Shown here: positions 14,327 through 29,438 of the stretch, piece after piece | Position numbering within the stretch: position 1 is the first letter of the stretch | Layout of the letters: each line of letters starts with the position of its first letter | Source: Eledone cirrhosa | Lineage: Eukaryota | DNA: 64,000 bases | Direction of reading: 5' to 3' | Assembly (NCBI GenBank): GCA_964016885.1 | Contig: OZ024740.1 | Span: 267,344,001 to 267,408,000, forward strand | Notes under the pieces: model-generated | Seen by the model: the letters and a program-made list of their open reading frames with translations, nothing else | Databases searched by the model: none | Told to the model about the DNA's origin: nothing | Position numbers and translations under genes: made by a program

Positions 14327-14516
14327 ATCAATGCAAAGCTTATATCTTGTTACTCCTGTGTACCATCGTTACTAAGTGCGCGCGTGCACACACATACACA
14401 CGCATGTGTCTGTGTGTGTGTGAGTGTGTGTGTATGTGTGTGAGAATGTATGTGAGTGAGTGCGTACTTAGCGATGATGGCACACAGGAGTAACAAGATA
14501 CAAGCCTTGCATTGAT
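14327..14516. repeat. Inverted repeat / MITE-like element around a (CA)/(TG) tract
   Basis: ATCAATGCAA..TATCTTGTTACTCCTGTG / CACAGGAGTAACAAGATA..TTGCATTGAT. An extra arm copy lies at about 14735-14790. Confidence 0.7.
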
Positions 14517-15181
14517 ATATCTATAGCCATAGCCACTCTTCAGTGATGAATGCCCATAGATTTGCACCTAGAAAGTTCTCCTCTGAGGCAAAAGCCTAGG
14601 CGTGTTTGTGGAAGACCAGCAGTCAGCCATGTTTGCCAGTCTTCTCTCTCCATGCCATTGATGATGTCCAAAGGAAAGGCAATGGCTGATACGGTTTGGT
14701 ACCAGTGACGTTGCAACTCATTTATTTATTTAGGCCAAGCTTGTATCTTTATACTCCTGTGTACTTTCATGACCATCATTACTAAGTTCATACACATATG
14801 CACACATACTTAAAAGGAAATAAATAGTTATGATAATAGAAATTTTATATGGATATACGAAAAAAAAAAATTATAAAATATAAAAACTATTAATTGTTTA
14901 GAAATTATAAGTTCATAATATTTGTAATCAATGTATGTAATAGCAGACAAAATAGTAATAAATATTACAGTAAAATGTAATATACTAAACAAATTAATAC
15001 TTAACAAAATTATTATAAAGCATTAATATCAAATCTACAAATGAAACAAATCTTAATTGGGTTATTAGAGTTTAAAAAAATAAAACCTGGACATTTATTT
15101 TGAACAATTATTTCATTTTGTATTATATTTCAGTTTAGAAGAATAAAATGAGTCAATTTTTCATCTTTTTTTTCTATGTTT

Positions 15182-15214
<33 letters not shown>

Positions 15215-15354
15215 GGTATGGTACCGTAATTCCTGATAGAGTCGTAGGGGTGCCGTATTGACATACACCATTTCTTCGGCATTTTAAGCCTGGCGGAGCC
15301 CATCCCTCTCCAGGTCTGAGTATAGCAGATTTTGTCCAGAGAGAGGAAGAGTCG

Positions 15355-15500
15355 CCCCCAGTACTAGACTGGTACTTTTTAATTGATTTCGAAAGGATGA
15401 AAGGCAAAGTTGACCTCAGTGGTATTTGAACTCAAAGAGCCAGAATGAATACTATACAGCATTCTATCCAACATTCTAATGACTCTGCCAATTCACTGTC
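15355..15500 (-). mobile_element. Diverged SINE family A relative
   Basis: GAAAGGATGAAAGGCAAAGTTGACCTC..ATTTGAACTC. Further decayed relatives at about 11000-11150, 18650-18960, 20310-20440 and 34620-34755. Confidence 0.6.
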
Positions 15501-15509
15501 TATATATAT

Positions 15510-15879
15510 ATATACAATATATTAACAAATGGAAACTATATTTATAAAACCATATTTATTTCATTATACATATTTCAAGGGCCACCAAGCCAAATTATGG
15601 TGCACTTTCATCAGATAAAATATAATATAGGTTAGTTTTATAAATAAATATTGATATACCCTAAAGAAATGCAACCATTCTGGTTGGAATCTCATGAAAG
15701 CGCACCATAATTTGGCTTGGTGGCCCTTGAAATATGTATAATGAAATAAATATGGTTTTATAAATATAGTTTCCATTTGTTAATATATTGTATATTTACT
15801 CCAATAATTTGTTGAGTGCTTTATATCATTTATAAAAATATTTTGTTTGTTGTATCCCAACAAATTAAATATAACCTCT

Positions 15880-15880
<1 letters not shown>
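15510..15880. repeat. Fold-back repeat family C copy
   Basis: Arms about 15510-15615 / 15690-15795, then the same 3' extension as 61170-61260. Confidence 0.85.
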
Positions 15881-15945
<65 letters not shown>

Positions 15946-15948
<3 letters not shown>

Positions 15949-17246
15949 CTCATAGCTGAATCAATGGCCGAACTAGAGAAGAAATTCCAAACATGAAAGC
16001 ATGGCCTAGAATCAAAAGGCCTTAAAATTAACCTGTCTAAGACTAAAGTTCTAGTTTGTAGGAAGGAAAATAGGGCACTGGTCCCATCTGGGAAATGGCC
16101 AAGCTCAGTGTGTAGGAAAGGAGTAGGCAGAATCTCCATTTTATGTCCCAAATGCAAAGTATGGTTGCATAAAAGATGTAGTGGGATCACAGGTAAGCTA
16201 AGAATATAGATTTTATATGTGGCTGGTGCTCAGGTGCAATAAGTAGCAGCAAGTGCCCACAGAATACTAGCTCATTCCATTGCACAGATGGTTCTATAGA
16301 AATAGTGGACACCTGTTACCTGGGTGAAAAATCAGCAGCGGTGGAGGGTGCTCTGAAAGCACAGTAGCTAGAGTCAGAACGAGATGGAAAAAGTTCAGAG
16401 AGCTTATACCACTATTGGCCGCTAAAGGGTTCTCTCTAAAAATGAAAGGCAGGCTGTATGATGCCTGCATACGAACAGCAATGTTACATGGCAGTGAGAC
16501 TTGGGCATTGTGTGCAGAGGATATACGCAGACTGGAGAGGAACAAAGCTTGCATGCTCCGTTGGATGTGTAATAGTAATATATGTGAACGGCAAAGCATA
16601 AATGAACTAAGGGAGAAATTAGGAATAAGAGGAATCAGATGTTGTTTACTCGAGAGAAGACTACCTTGGTATGGTCACGTGATGCGCATGAAAGACGACA
16701 GCTGTATAAAAAAGTGCAGGGCGATAAATATAGACGGTAGCCACGGAGTAGGCAGACCTAGAAAAACCTGGGACGACTTGATAAATTCCGACCTCACACA
16801 CTTACACCTCTCCAAGACAATGTCACTGGACCGAGATCTTTAGTGCTACACAGTAATACAGAAGACCCACCTTGCCTAAGTACAAAGTGAAACCTACAGT
16901 CAGTAGGCACCTCTTAACAAAAATACAACCCCATCCACACCACCCCTTTTGATGTAAAGTTATGTTGGTACCACAACATCCAGTCGGAAATAAATGAGGT
17001 CGTGTAGGTGTCACGAAAAAAAAAACACACAGTCCATGCTGTAATGTGGCCGTGTAGGTAACACGGTAAAAACCCTCCAGTCCACACTGTAAATGTGGTT
17101 GGTGTTAGGAAGGGCATCCAGCCGTAGAAAACCCGCCAGACAGTCCTATACGAACAAGACAACCAATCTTGCCTCAAGTGGGAAAACTCACGTCCAAACC
17201 CATGCAAGCGTGGAAGATGGACGTTAAACGATGATGATGATGATGA
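15946..17246 (+). mobile_element. 5'-truncated RTE family 1 copy
   Basis: Matches the 3' part of the 43.6-47.4 kb element. ORF 16415-16843 ([20 protein letters not shown]); (ATG)n tail; both ends in (TA)n. Confidence 0.92.
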
Positions 17247-17347
17247 TATATATATATATACAAATGTATACACACTTCAACAGCATCCTAACAAATATTG
17301 CTTGTACAGGTAATCAAAGTGTGTATACATTTGTGTGTGTGTGTGTA

Positions 17348-17385
<38 letters not shown>

Positions 17386-20300
17386 CATAAATACATACAT
17401 ACATACATACATGTATATATATATATACACACACACATTCAAATGTCAATCAAACAAGGCAGTTGAACAACCTGACTATGCTGACCACATGCAAAACTTC
17501 AAAGCCAATGTCAGCTTTTTCTATGTACAAATAGAGAGGTAGGAGATAGCTTTAGAAGTAAACATGAGGCAAAATGTCTTAACAATCTTAGTAACTAAAT
17601 ATACAATGCATGACAATTTTAAAGCCAATATGGCTGTTATGCATACTAGATATGTGTGTCATTTAAAAATATTTCATTGGTTAGGAACCTAAGCACAGTT
17701 GATTAGGGAGACATAACTGTTTAAATATTGACAAGAGAAAATATGACTCAATGTAAACTGATCAACTAAACTCTCTCTCCATATTTTATATATATCTATA
17801 TATATATAATATTATAATGACCTTGTTGCTGTAAAATGTAACACAAGCTGATATATCTGATGTAGCCCGTCCATATACATACACACCTACACACAGATAT
17901 ATGCATATATATATATATGTCCCTCTTCCTTTCTTGTCCTCTTCATTCCCCTCTTTCCTTCTCCCCCTCCTGTCACTAGAACCCTATTCATATCATCATA
18001 TCCAATTAACTTACGCATCATTTACATTAACTCCGAAACATCTTTCTTTATATTTTCCTCCACATCTTTATTAATCAGTTCTGATGCTATTGTTACTCAA
18101 GACATTTTCATTATACTTTTATTATTTGACTTCCAAGCTTCAAGGATGCTAAAAAGCTGATGCAGTTAGTTTCTAATCCATTTTCACAATCATTTCAATT
18201 ATATAACAATAGAGTTTGAATAATACAAATGTAGCCATTGAATTTCCCTTTTTTTCTTATTATTCTATACTGCATTGTAACATATATATGCTCTTGTCAA
18301 CCCCAGAATAGGACAATTATTGTATTGATTCTAGATATGCCATGAAAGACGTGAGTATTGATGTTTTGAGCAGAGCCTCCTTCAAAGAGAAATATCTAGT
18401 TACCTCAAAATCTAGTTTTTGTTTTAGAAAGGTTTGCCTATAGATCTCGAGACAATATAACATCTAGTCCATTTCTCTTCTTTTATGACAATTTACTTGT
18501 TCTCAAATTAAATAATAACAAAACACGAATCTTCAAGTGCAAGAAACACAATTTGCCCAATTTAAAGAATAAACAAAAGAAAATGCAATTACAATTTAAA
18601 TATAAATCTCTTCTGAAGATCTGTGATCATTAATGACTTACAGTATTATTGTGGTTCTTTACATTGTGTTCAAATCTTGCCAAGGTCAATTTTGCCTTTA
18701 CTTCTTTCAGGGTTGATAAAATATCAGTTAAGTCATTATGTTGATGTAATTAACTAACCCCTTCTACAAAAGCTTTTGCTATGTGCATATGGTAGAAAGG
18801 ATTAATAAAGGGGGCTCATTGACAGAACCATTAGTGTGTCAGGAAAAAATGCCTTGAGATACCTAGTTAGAATCCTTTACATTCTGAATTCAAATACTGT
18901 CAAGTCAACTTTGATTTTAACCTCCTGCGAGAAATAAACTAACAATCAAATACTAGGATCAATTTAATCAAGTATATCTTTTCTCAAAATTTGTGGCCTT
19001 GACCCAATATTAAAAATCAGTATCCAAAAGGATTTCAGGATCATAAAAAAAACAGGACTACAAGCTAATATCATGCTGTAAAGATGTAACAAAAGCAGTG
19101 TTAAATCCTTTGAACTATGATCTTTTATCAAGAGACTCACAGAAAAAAGACAAGAGAAAGGATAAAACACAAAAACGAAAACAAATGTTAGTTGGTGTTT
19201 TTTCAATAGGTCTGTGCAGCTGTGAGGCAGCATTGAGTTATTGTGCTGGTGTCGTATGCTGTGGCCAATCCTTCCAACCTGTGCACAAGTGAAAACCGAC
19301 ATACTTTGGTCATAGTTACACTAGCCATTCAACAGTCTTAAGTGAAGTGTCATGATTGTTACAGTAAAGTGATGACATGAAACAATGGATAGAAAGTCAT
19401 CCTATAGACCACCTGTCAAGAAATGTCCAAAACTTGTCTCTATGGTAAGCATTTAATTGTTGACATGATGGTGTAAGAGAGGAACAACTAAAACAGAAAC
19501 TGCCATAAAGGCAGTGTTTGGCTAAAAAATTTTGAAATGTCATCAAATATTTCCATAAGGATTATACAGATGCCATGAATTTTTTTCTTTTTTTTAAAAA
19601 ATATATTTTCTACCTTAAATGTGTTCTGTTTCAAGGATAAATGAGAAATTATTTCAATAAGCTTCATTCTGATCTGCCCATTTATTTTATTTTCATAAAG
19701 CAGAGAGAAACTATTTTATATTTTACTATTTTACAGTGAAGTATAAACTAATTTGTTTCCTCGTCACAAAAATAAAACAAATGGACCAATCAGAATTAAG
19801 CTTGTTGAAGCAAGAGATTTTCAGCCATATAAAATGTTTTGCTTTGATAAACGTGGTTGACATGTTTTGCTGGGGCAGGGACAGGGACAGTATGCACAAA
19901 AATTCATTCACCATTAGATATGCACATATTCAAATATAACAACAATTCAAATATTGAGAGAACTACCAGAATGAAAAAAAAGTTTCCATAAACATTTTAA
20001 TTTGTAAATGAGAAATTATTGTTTTTCTGAGAATTAGAGAATCATTGTTTATACAGCCCACACAATTTAAAACCACCACTACCACATATAATGCTTAATA
20101 GTTTATATAATAAATTGAAACAAACATTTCCAGATCATGAACATAAACTGATAAATACAAAAAGGAAGTGATAAATACTAGTAATTATCAAGTAATAGCT
20201 ATGATGTTGCACTATCAAATAATGTCTCATTACTACTATAAATGAATAGTTTTTAGTAATAATTTTGAATGATTTCCATCAATGCTTTTTATTTTACTTG

Positions 20301-22238
20301 TATACATCAGGTGGCTAACTGGCAGATTTGTTAGAATATCAAATAGAATGCTTTGCTGTATTTGTTCTGGTTCTCTACACGTTGAGTTCAAATCCTACTG
20401 TGCTCTTCATCCTTTTGAGATTGATAAAAAAAGTATCAGTTCACTACTCAGGAGAGAGATGGGCTTTGCCAAGTTTAAAGTATCCAATTTATACGGTATG
20501 GCACCTTACATCATCATCAAGAGTTACAGGTTCATACATACAACAGCCTAGATTTTTAATAACTTAAGATATTTAGTAGTGTTTTACCATCCTGATATTG
20601 GTTGTTTGGGTTTCTAAACATATCTTGTCCAATCTACGGTAGCATGGAAAAATGAACGTTAAACAGAGATGATGATCCCCATTGCATTCCATGGTGACAG
20701 ACATAAGTCATCTAACTCTGCTGTTCTATATGTTGTCATTTTTGCAAGTTTTCCACTGCTGGATATATCTCATATATACAAATTATCAACCACATTGCAG
20801 TTTGGGCTGGATCCATTTTATTATTGTCTTCAACTGGATCCATTTTATTATTGTCTTCAATAGACTTCAAAAATCTCCTCTACCTTATGTTTTTTTCCAT
20901 TTGTTCCTTCCTCTTTGGTATGGCTTTTATAGCTGGATGCTCTTCCCATAACAAATTACTTTACAGTATGGACTGGGTGCATATTATTGAACCATTGGTA
21001 AAAAAAAATTATCTTATATTTCAGCATAGGTAGTTGGTACATACAATATGCAACAAATCAATAAAATATTCAGTATGTATATATAAGTCTATATATAATG
21101 CTGAGTAGATCAGGAGTGCTGAAACATGGTAATTTTAATGAAGATAAGTGGATGAGATTTAAATCTGATATTTGATAAGAAACTGGTCAATCTAGCACCT
21201 GTTCCTGACTAGGTAGACTAGGGCTCTTAGAATTAAAGGTATGTGGCTTAGTTGCTAGAGAGTTGGATTCACAATCATGAGGTTGTGAGTATGATTCCTG
21301 GACTGAGCGATGAATTATGTCCTTGAGCAACATACTTTATTTCATGTTTCTCTTTCTGCCAGGAGTTGTGACCATTAGATAGTATCAGCAATGGAAAGAC
21401 CAAGGGAAACATTGTTTCCTTTGTTTGATTTGATGAGATCAACCCCACTTGGTAAGTGAATGAGGTCTAAGATCTTGTCAATCATTTTCCACAATTAAAG
21501 TGTACTATCAAAATCAAACCTCTGTAGTAAAATTGTATACTAACTAGTAATCCAATACTATATCTATGAATTAATTTCACTTCAGTCAATTCCAGTTCAA
21601 TGTATAGCTTAAAGAGTAAACATAGTGTATAGTCAGTCAGTAAACTTATTAAGATATAGATATAAAGTAAACATCTTTGGTGTATATATATCAATATACA
21701 ATAAATATATTCAGTGTATGCCAACAGAACAAATTAGGTGGACCAACCAATATCTCTGGTACAGCTGTTACCTGGTGTTGTATGGTCTTTAGACATTGAT
21801 GCAGTTAATCATCTTCTGGGACAATAAGAATAAGCCAACAGATGTTACTAAAATTGTACGGTGATTAAATAATCACAACAAAATTTTAAATATAGTACAA
21901 AACAAAACTAACTCACACACATACACACAAACACGCGCAATAATAGATAAGTATATAATATATAATACGTGCAATAATAGATAAGTATAAATAATTAGCA
22001 ATAGTTACTGCATTAAACAATGCTAAACTGCTCTATGGTGCATACATAATTTTTTTTTAAATATACCAAGTGCCAAATCCATATTACTGAATGATGTATC
22101 CCTGATATTAAAACATGCATACACACATATATTGTTGCTTGATGAATGAAGTACATCAGCTTGCTTTGGAAACTCAGACTACATAGAAAAGTATATGCCA
22201 GTTTGCCATGTATTTTATATATAAATATAAATATATAA

Positions 22239-22270
<32 letters not shown>

Positions 22271-22271
<1 letters not shown>

Positions 22272-22594
22272 AGCGACCAGGCATGGATGAGTTGAGAGTG
22301 AAACTGTGTATAAGAGGGAGGGAAAACTGCATTGGTAAGGCCATGTGATGTGCATGGAAGATGACTGCTGGGTGAAGAAGTGCCAAGAAATCCTGGTGGT
22401 AGGAAGATGCATTTGAGGAAGACAATGAAAAACATGGGTGCTGGTGGTGGTGGTGATGAGGGCTGACCTCAGATCACTGAAGCTCACAGAGGAGATGATG
22501 AGGGACCGTGATGAATGGAGAGATGCTGTACTGAAGAGGACCCATCCTACCCTTGCAAGCAGGGAAAAGCGGATGTATGATGATAATGATAATG
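22271..22594 (+). mobile_element. Older RTE family 2 3' fragment
   Basis: Diverged match to the reverse complement of 61953-62300; same tail. Confidence 0.8.
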
Positions 22595-23383
22595 ACCCTA
22601 TTTAGTATATATATTTCCTGCTATATCAAGCGTTAACCTACTATATACCTTCCATATACTGTACCGATTGTGTTGTTATTTCTGTTTACCTTTTACATAC
22701 ATATATATATATATATTATAATTAGGCGAGGAAAATAAACCAAATAGGCCAATGGCATATATCTACATATTTAAGGGTAATGTACTGAATACTATATATC
22801 CATATATAAAAGATTGTTAGTGGAAATTTCCCTAATGTTTTTAATTTTAACAATTAAAACAGAAATTTCAATTAATTGCAAATGTTTTACATAAACATGT
22901 CCATTTAAACCATGTGCATATATATATATGAAGTATGATATAATGATGTTTCACTTAAAAAGGTTCTTGTTGTATACTGGCTATTACATATATTTCACAG
23001 ATGATTGACTCAAGATCCTCATCAAATGCTCACATTACCTCCAGTAATCAACAAAATTCCTAAATAACTTACACTATATGTGTGTGTGTGTGTATGTGTG
23101 CGTAAAGGTAATCAATTATATATACAACATATATAACTGAAGAATGTTTTTCCCAGCTACTGCTTCCAGCTTTCAAACACATATTTTGACTAGGCCTGTT
23201 TAGCCATGCAACTCTCATCCCCTTTCATAATATCAGCAAGGGAACCATGACCTGGTGACTATTATTAATTCCTTCATTGAGCAAAATAAAGGGTACATTG
23301 GATGAGGTGTCGATACAAATGTGTCTAAGAAGAGTGTATGGTTATTGCTGGTACATCTTTGATCATATGTCTCCCCAATTAGG

Positions 23384-23429
<46 letters not shown>

Positions 23430-23476
23430 TAATTGGGAAGACATATGATCAAAGATGTACCAGAAAAAACTGCACA

Positions 23477-23541
<65 letters not shown>

Positions 23542-25288
23542 TATATATATATATATATATAGAAATATATGTTTGTGTGTGTGTGTGTCTGTTGCAAACA
23601 AGAAAAGATAGAACAATACATACAAAGACACACACACACATATATATATGCATGTATATTTAATATCAATTGTTCACAGGGTTTCTACAGAAGCTAATGC
23701 TATAGATAAGTTGATGTCAGTACATCGCTCACTCTCAGCCATGAATTTACACATCTGAGTGAAACATATGTAGAATATGTAAGGCATTCTCACTGCTTTC
23801 ACACAACATAAACTTTTAATCAGTTAGGTTGCAGTTAAGATGAATAATATAGAGACCCAAGGAATTTTGATTAATTAAAATTATAGCCAGAGAGTGAAGA
23901 AAAAAAAAAAGTATTAGCTTCATTATTAATCCTGGTCAAGAAAAGCAAGGGCGATAACCTGAAAAATTAATTAAAATTTCTTGGCTCATTATATTGAGTA
24001 TTTAACTATCTGTTTTCATATAGTAAGCATGTATAGATATTCCACTCTCCAATTTGAGACACTGTCCTAGACAGAGAAAAGTGAGCATTTTAATCTAACT
24101 GAAGCTCAAAAAATACAAAATGTCAGATGTGGAAATACATTCACATAATTGTCAATCAAGACAACGATATTTAGATAAATAGCATGTCAGTCTAGCATGT
24201 ATCAATTAGGTTATGTGTATCCTGGTAATATGTAATATTCCAACAGGTGCATTATAGTCAAACACTTGTAGCTGTTTGGTTTCATAAATTATCCTTGCTT
24301 ATGATGATGATAATAATGATAACAGAAGTCTAAAAGTGCTAACTGGTTGTAATGAACATACCAGAATTTACTAGAAATTGTGAAGCAAAATAGGAAGCTT
24401 TAAATTTGAAGGTAATACTCAGTCATATATAACTCAATCAATCATTTACTATAATTTTTATATAACTAGATTGTAATTTCAATAACTGCTGATATGGTGT
24501 AATTATTGCTCTTTCATTCTGCAAACACATGAAGTCTTAGTGTGTGTTAAATACCAAACTATTTTGCTGCCTGAGTGATAAAAAATTTGACATACTTTAA
24601 AAACACTATAATCTGACCAAAAAGGCAAATAAATAAATAAATAAAGTCATTAGACGTTGCTATTAAATGGAATTTGATAGATCCAATAGAGTTAATCTTC
24701 TCAGGAACTGAGCCAAATCTATCTCTAAGCATAAAAGTGTGAGAATGTTTCGTTTTGAATGCTGATAAGTGTTTGCTGCAAAGATGGATGAGTAAATATA
24801 AATAGCTTCAGTGTTAGTTATGAAATAGAATTCAATATCAATAAAATCTAATCAATTAAAAACAACAACAAAAAATATAATAATAAACAACAACACATTA
24901 TGATTAGCTTAATTGCTTTGCTAAATCATTGCATAACAGAAGTGGTTTAATGTTGGAGACATTTGGCATGAGACATAAAGGGATTTTTCATTTATACATA
25001 TAACCTCCACTGAATTTATCTATCTTAATAAATACAAATGCTTCATAATAAAAGCACATTCAAACTATAGAGACATGTCAGAATATGTACGTTTTTGTAT
25101 ATTTATCTTTTATAAATATCATTCTCTCTTTATCATCCACTTTTCTAAAAAATAAATAATACACAAAACGCCAGCACCAACAGTTTTGTAAGAGATGTCA
25201 ACATGAATGAACCTGTTATTTTTATCTAAAGACATTTTTTCCAATTCCATCCCACCCGTCCCCTTAATCTATCTTGTGTCTCATTCTT

Positions 25289-25324
25289 TCTTCTGATGAA
25301 GGACTAGCGTCCGAAACGTTAAGA
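25289..25324 (+). ncRNA. Minimal type I hammerhead ribozyme
   Basis: TCTT-CTGATGA-A(GGAC TAGC GTCC)-GAAA-CG-TT-AAGA. Stem I UCUU/AAGA; loopless palindromic stem III (AACGTT), which would require a dimer. Confidence 0.7.
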
Positions 25325-25408
25325 CCCTCTTCCTGCTATATCAAGCATTAACCTAATATATCCCTTCCATATACTGTACCGATTGTGTTGTTATTTCTGT
25401 TTACCTTT

Positions 25409-25458
<50 letters not shown>

Positions 25459-25461
<3 letters not shown>

Positions 25462-25577
25462 GGCATTACCAAAGTGATGTACCACTTTAATAATGAGAAC
25501 ATCCGTGTATCTAAAAGAGGTGAAGATATTATAACAAAGTATTATTTTACTGGTGTGCGACTTTTGCGCCACTCTGT
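25459..25577. mobile_element. Possible Tc1-like MITE
   Basis: TA-CAGGGCATTACCAAAGTG ... CGACTTTTGCGCCACTCTG-TA; degenerate TIRs. Confidence 0.4.
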
Positions 25578-26070
25578 ATATATATATTAGTGTGTAGGTA
25601 TGTAAATATATAAACATATCATCATTTTACATCTGCTTTCCATGCTGGCAAAGGCTAGACTGAGCAGAGAGCAACATCTTGTTTATACATTCCATATTTG
25701 GCATGGTTTCTATTACTAGAAGCCCTTTTTAATGCCAACAACTTTACAGAGTGTACTGGGTGCACTATTTCCTGGTGCCAGTACAAACACTTTTCTGAGT
25801 TTACCAGGTGCATTACTTCATGGTGTCAGCACTACAAATTTACAAAGTGAAAGTGCTAATGCCAAGAAATAATGCATATGTGTGTGTGTGTATATATATA
25901 TATATAAATATATATATTATATATATATATATATGTGTGTAGTAATTCCGTCGGAAAGGTCCAGGAAAAAAGAGTGCTCTATGTAGGTTACAGAGCTTAA
26001 TAGTTATGTAATAAACAACATAAGGCAATTATTTCATAAATGAAATAATTGCCTTATGTTGTTTATTACA

Positions 26071-26129
<59 letters not shown>

Positions 26130-26138
<9 letters not shown>

Positions 26139-26283
26139 AACCAGTAAGACCCCGACAGCTGAGCTCAAGCCGTTTCGACGGCTAATTCTGGACTAAAAAA
26201 AATTTTTTTTTTTTTTTTTTTTAGTCCAGAATTAGCCGTCGAAACGGCTTGAGCTCAGCTGTCGGGGTCTTACTGGTTCCTAT
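26130..26283. repeat. Perfect palindrome (about 60-bp arms around an A/T centre)
   Basis: GGAACCAGTAAGACCCCGACAGC...GGACTAAAAAAAA / TTTTAGTCC...CTTACTGGTTCC. The right side continues into a repeat also seen (reverse complement) at 13400-13488. Confidence 0.9.
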
Positions 26284-26382
26284 TACCCACTCTACTACCT
26301 CAAGTATTGAGTACTTTGGTGCGTTATGGTCCACCTGGTTCCTTACCACATTTCCTTCGTTATATATATATATATAATTACA

Positions 26383-26493
26383 GTCCTATGCGAGCAAGAC
26401 AACCACTCTTGCCTCAAGTGGGAAAACCCCCGTCCAAACCCATGCAAGCGTGGAACACGGACGCTAAACCTGATGATGATGATGATGATGATG
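26383..26493 (+). mobile_element. RTE family 1 3' tip
   Basis: ACAGTCCTATGCGAGCAAGAC...GGACGCTAAACC(TGA)n. Confidence 0.85.
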
Positions 26494-26693
26494 ATAGTAT
26501 TAATCAAATTAAATTGAATCCAACTATATAAAAAAGATATTTAGACAACAAATTTTCAAATGTTCTATATATCTCTATATGTGAAAAAGTTCTTATTCCA
26601 CTTTGAAAATTTGTTATGTCGACATATGATTTTTTAAGACGCATACTTGTCACTCTCTTTCTCTCTCTCTCTACACACACACATATATATATT

Positions 26694-26878
26694 AATTGTT
26701 TCTACTTTAGGCACAAGGCCAGCAATTACCCAGTGCCTCACTGGTACTTTATTTTATCGACCCCGTAAGGATGAAAGGCAAAGTCAACCTCGGCGGGATT
26801 TGAACTCAGATTGTAAAGGGACGTAACTATGCTAGAAAGCATGGCGTCCGACCCTCTACCGATACTACCAATCCACCG
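26694..26878 (-). mobile_element. SINE family A
   Basis: Full-length match to 8751-8943. Confidence 0.85.
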
Positions 26879-28646
26879 TATATATATTAATATATATATT
26901 CAAGCATTCGTTGAGATACAGCTTAAGTGGCTTATGACCACTCGCTATTACAATCTCTTATATTTCTTTTCTTGGCATCTGGGCAGTTAAATTCAAATAG
27001 TCCTCCCGCTAAACATACATTCACAAAGACGCAGAGACCCTGCCTAGATAAATACTTTTCAGTACATTCATATAATGTATAAAAAAGATAGGACATGCCC
27101 TAAGCCTCCTGCCAGAATATCCTTCCAAGGCCTTACTCTCCTTCAATGCAGCAGTGGCATTCTGAAAGAGGCCCCTCACCAGGTGGCTGGGTGTGATTAA
27201 GAAAGATCTCCAAAGTCTCTTGGAGAATGCATTGGGGCTGGTACAGGACTGTCAGCATTAAAAGGCACTGGGGGATGCCTCTGGAACCCCTGACAAGGAT
27301 GTCCCCAATCCCATTGAGCAAACCAATAGAGGGTGAGGGAGAAAGAGAAAGAGAGAGAAAGCAAGAGAGTTATTTGGTATAGTATATATGTGAAATGCAC
27401 ATAAAATAGCCATCTACCCAAGGTCATATACATAGGGCTTCAAGTTACAACCTTATTTACTAATGACTGACTGGTTAGAATAGAGCTTGCTTTTAAAGTT
27501 GACTGTTGAAAGTAATGTTTCAATTTTGTTAGATCTCATCAGCGATGTATATTCATATGTAATTAGCTAGATTTTGATTGTAATATATAGTAAGAAAAAA
27601 GAAACAGAATTAATGCTGATTATATATGTCAACACTAGGTAGAGGAAAATACATTAGAAGAGTGTTCTGCCAGAATATGTTTTTAAAAGCATATATTTAC
27701 TTCTCTGAATCACAATGTCACTGAAGATGAAGGTGTAACAGAAGAAGACAATGCATAATAATGATGGTTTCATCATAGATGTTAACAACAAAATCTCTTT
27801 TGTTTCCAATATATTGAATGTCGTAGGCAGATTCTAAAATCTATTGTCAGCTGGAAAGTAAAATTTCATTTGCTATGTATGCCTGTTTCTAAAGAAAGAC
27901 TATATATGCATTTAATAACTATATTATTCCTATCTTAATTGTATAAAACCACCTAGAAGGGTTATTAAGTTCTCTAAATCAGATGTTTGTACATATTTCT
28001 TTAATCTACAACAGATTATTTTTCAATTTTTCATATCAGTATAATTTTGTTCTTTTTATTGATAAGTAACATCTATCTAACTTTCTCTACACACAATGAA
28101 TGATACCAAACAATTTAATGTATTCTGGTTTTCTTTCATATCTGCTACAATAAATTATAAACAAATATACACTGTCAAAACAACAACAGATAAAACCTTT
28201 TAGTCCAAACTATATATAGTAGATAAAAGCAAAACATTCCTCAGAAATCACAACCAAACATTTATTATTCAGTTTATGGTTTCTGTTTGTTTCTATTTTT
28301 ATATGAAACACCACTGCCAAAATAAAAATGAATTTTAAACACACACACACACACACATACACACACACACACACACACACATACATACATACATATTCAT
28401 ACATATATATATATAAATATATATACATACATATATACATACATATTCATTCATATATACATATTCATACATATATATATACATACATACATATTCATAC
28501 ATATATACATACATATACATACATATATATGTATAAATACATACATATATAAATACATACATATATACATACATACATATATATATATTCATACATACAT
28601 ATATATATATGATGATACATACATATATATATATATATTCATGCAT

Positions 28647-29023
28647 ATCATCATCATCATCAACGTTTAACGTCCGTGTTCCACGCTTGCATGGGTTTGG
28701 ACGGGGGTATTCCCACTTGAGGCAAGGGTGATTGTCTTGCTCGCATAGGACTGTCTGGCAGGTCTTCTACAGTTGGATGCCCTTCCTAACACCAACCACA
28801 TTTACAGTGTGGGTCTGGGAGGTTTTTACCGTGTTGCCTACACGGCCACATTACAGCATGGACTGTGTGTTTTTTTGTCGTGACACCTACACGATCTCAT
28901 TTGTTTCGGCCTGGATGGCGTGGCACCAACATAACTTTACATAGAAGGGGGTGGTGTGGATGGGGTGGGGGTGGTGGGACGGGGTGTATTTTGTTAGAGA
29001 TGCCTACTGACTGTAGTAGGTTT
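28647..29023 (-). mobile_element. RTE family 1 3'UTR fragment
   Basis: Matches the 3'UTR of the long copy; (CAT)n tail on the plus strand. Confidence 0.88.
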
Positions 29024-29384
29024 TATATATATATATTCATACATATATATATATATACATACATACACACACATATATATATACACATATATATATATAC
29101 ATACATACACATATATATATGCATAAATTTACATCTCTCTCTCTATATATATATATATAAATATATGTCTATCTATCTTTATATATATATTAAACTAGCC
29201 TTTCTAGGGACAGTGTAATATACATGTCTGACAGTCTTTCTCTTAGATTTGATCAGAATCAGATTATAGCTGATACTATCCTTTCAACTGAGGTATTTGT
29301 ATTGTTTTTGTTGTTTTTTAATATATAGTCACATTGATTTTCAACAAGGTCGTTTTCTTTATTTTATTTTATTTTATTTTAGTT

Positions 29385-29438
<54 letters not shown>

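Noticed and set aside
27060-27330. GC-richer island with short ORFs
   Set aside because: No recognisable protein motif or splice structure; probably a decayed TE.
27510-27547. Minus-strand CTGATGA..GAAA
   Set aside because: Stems I and II do not pair.
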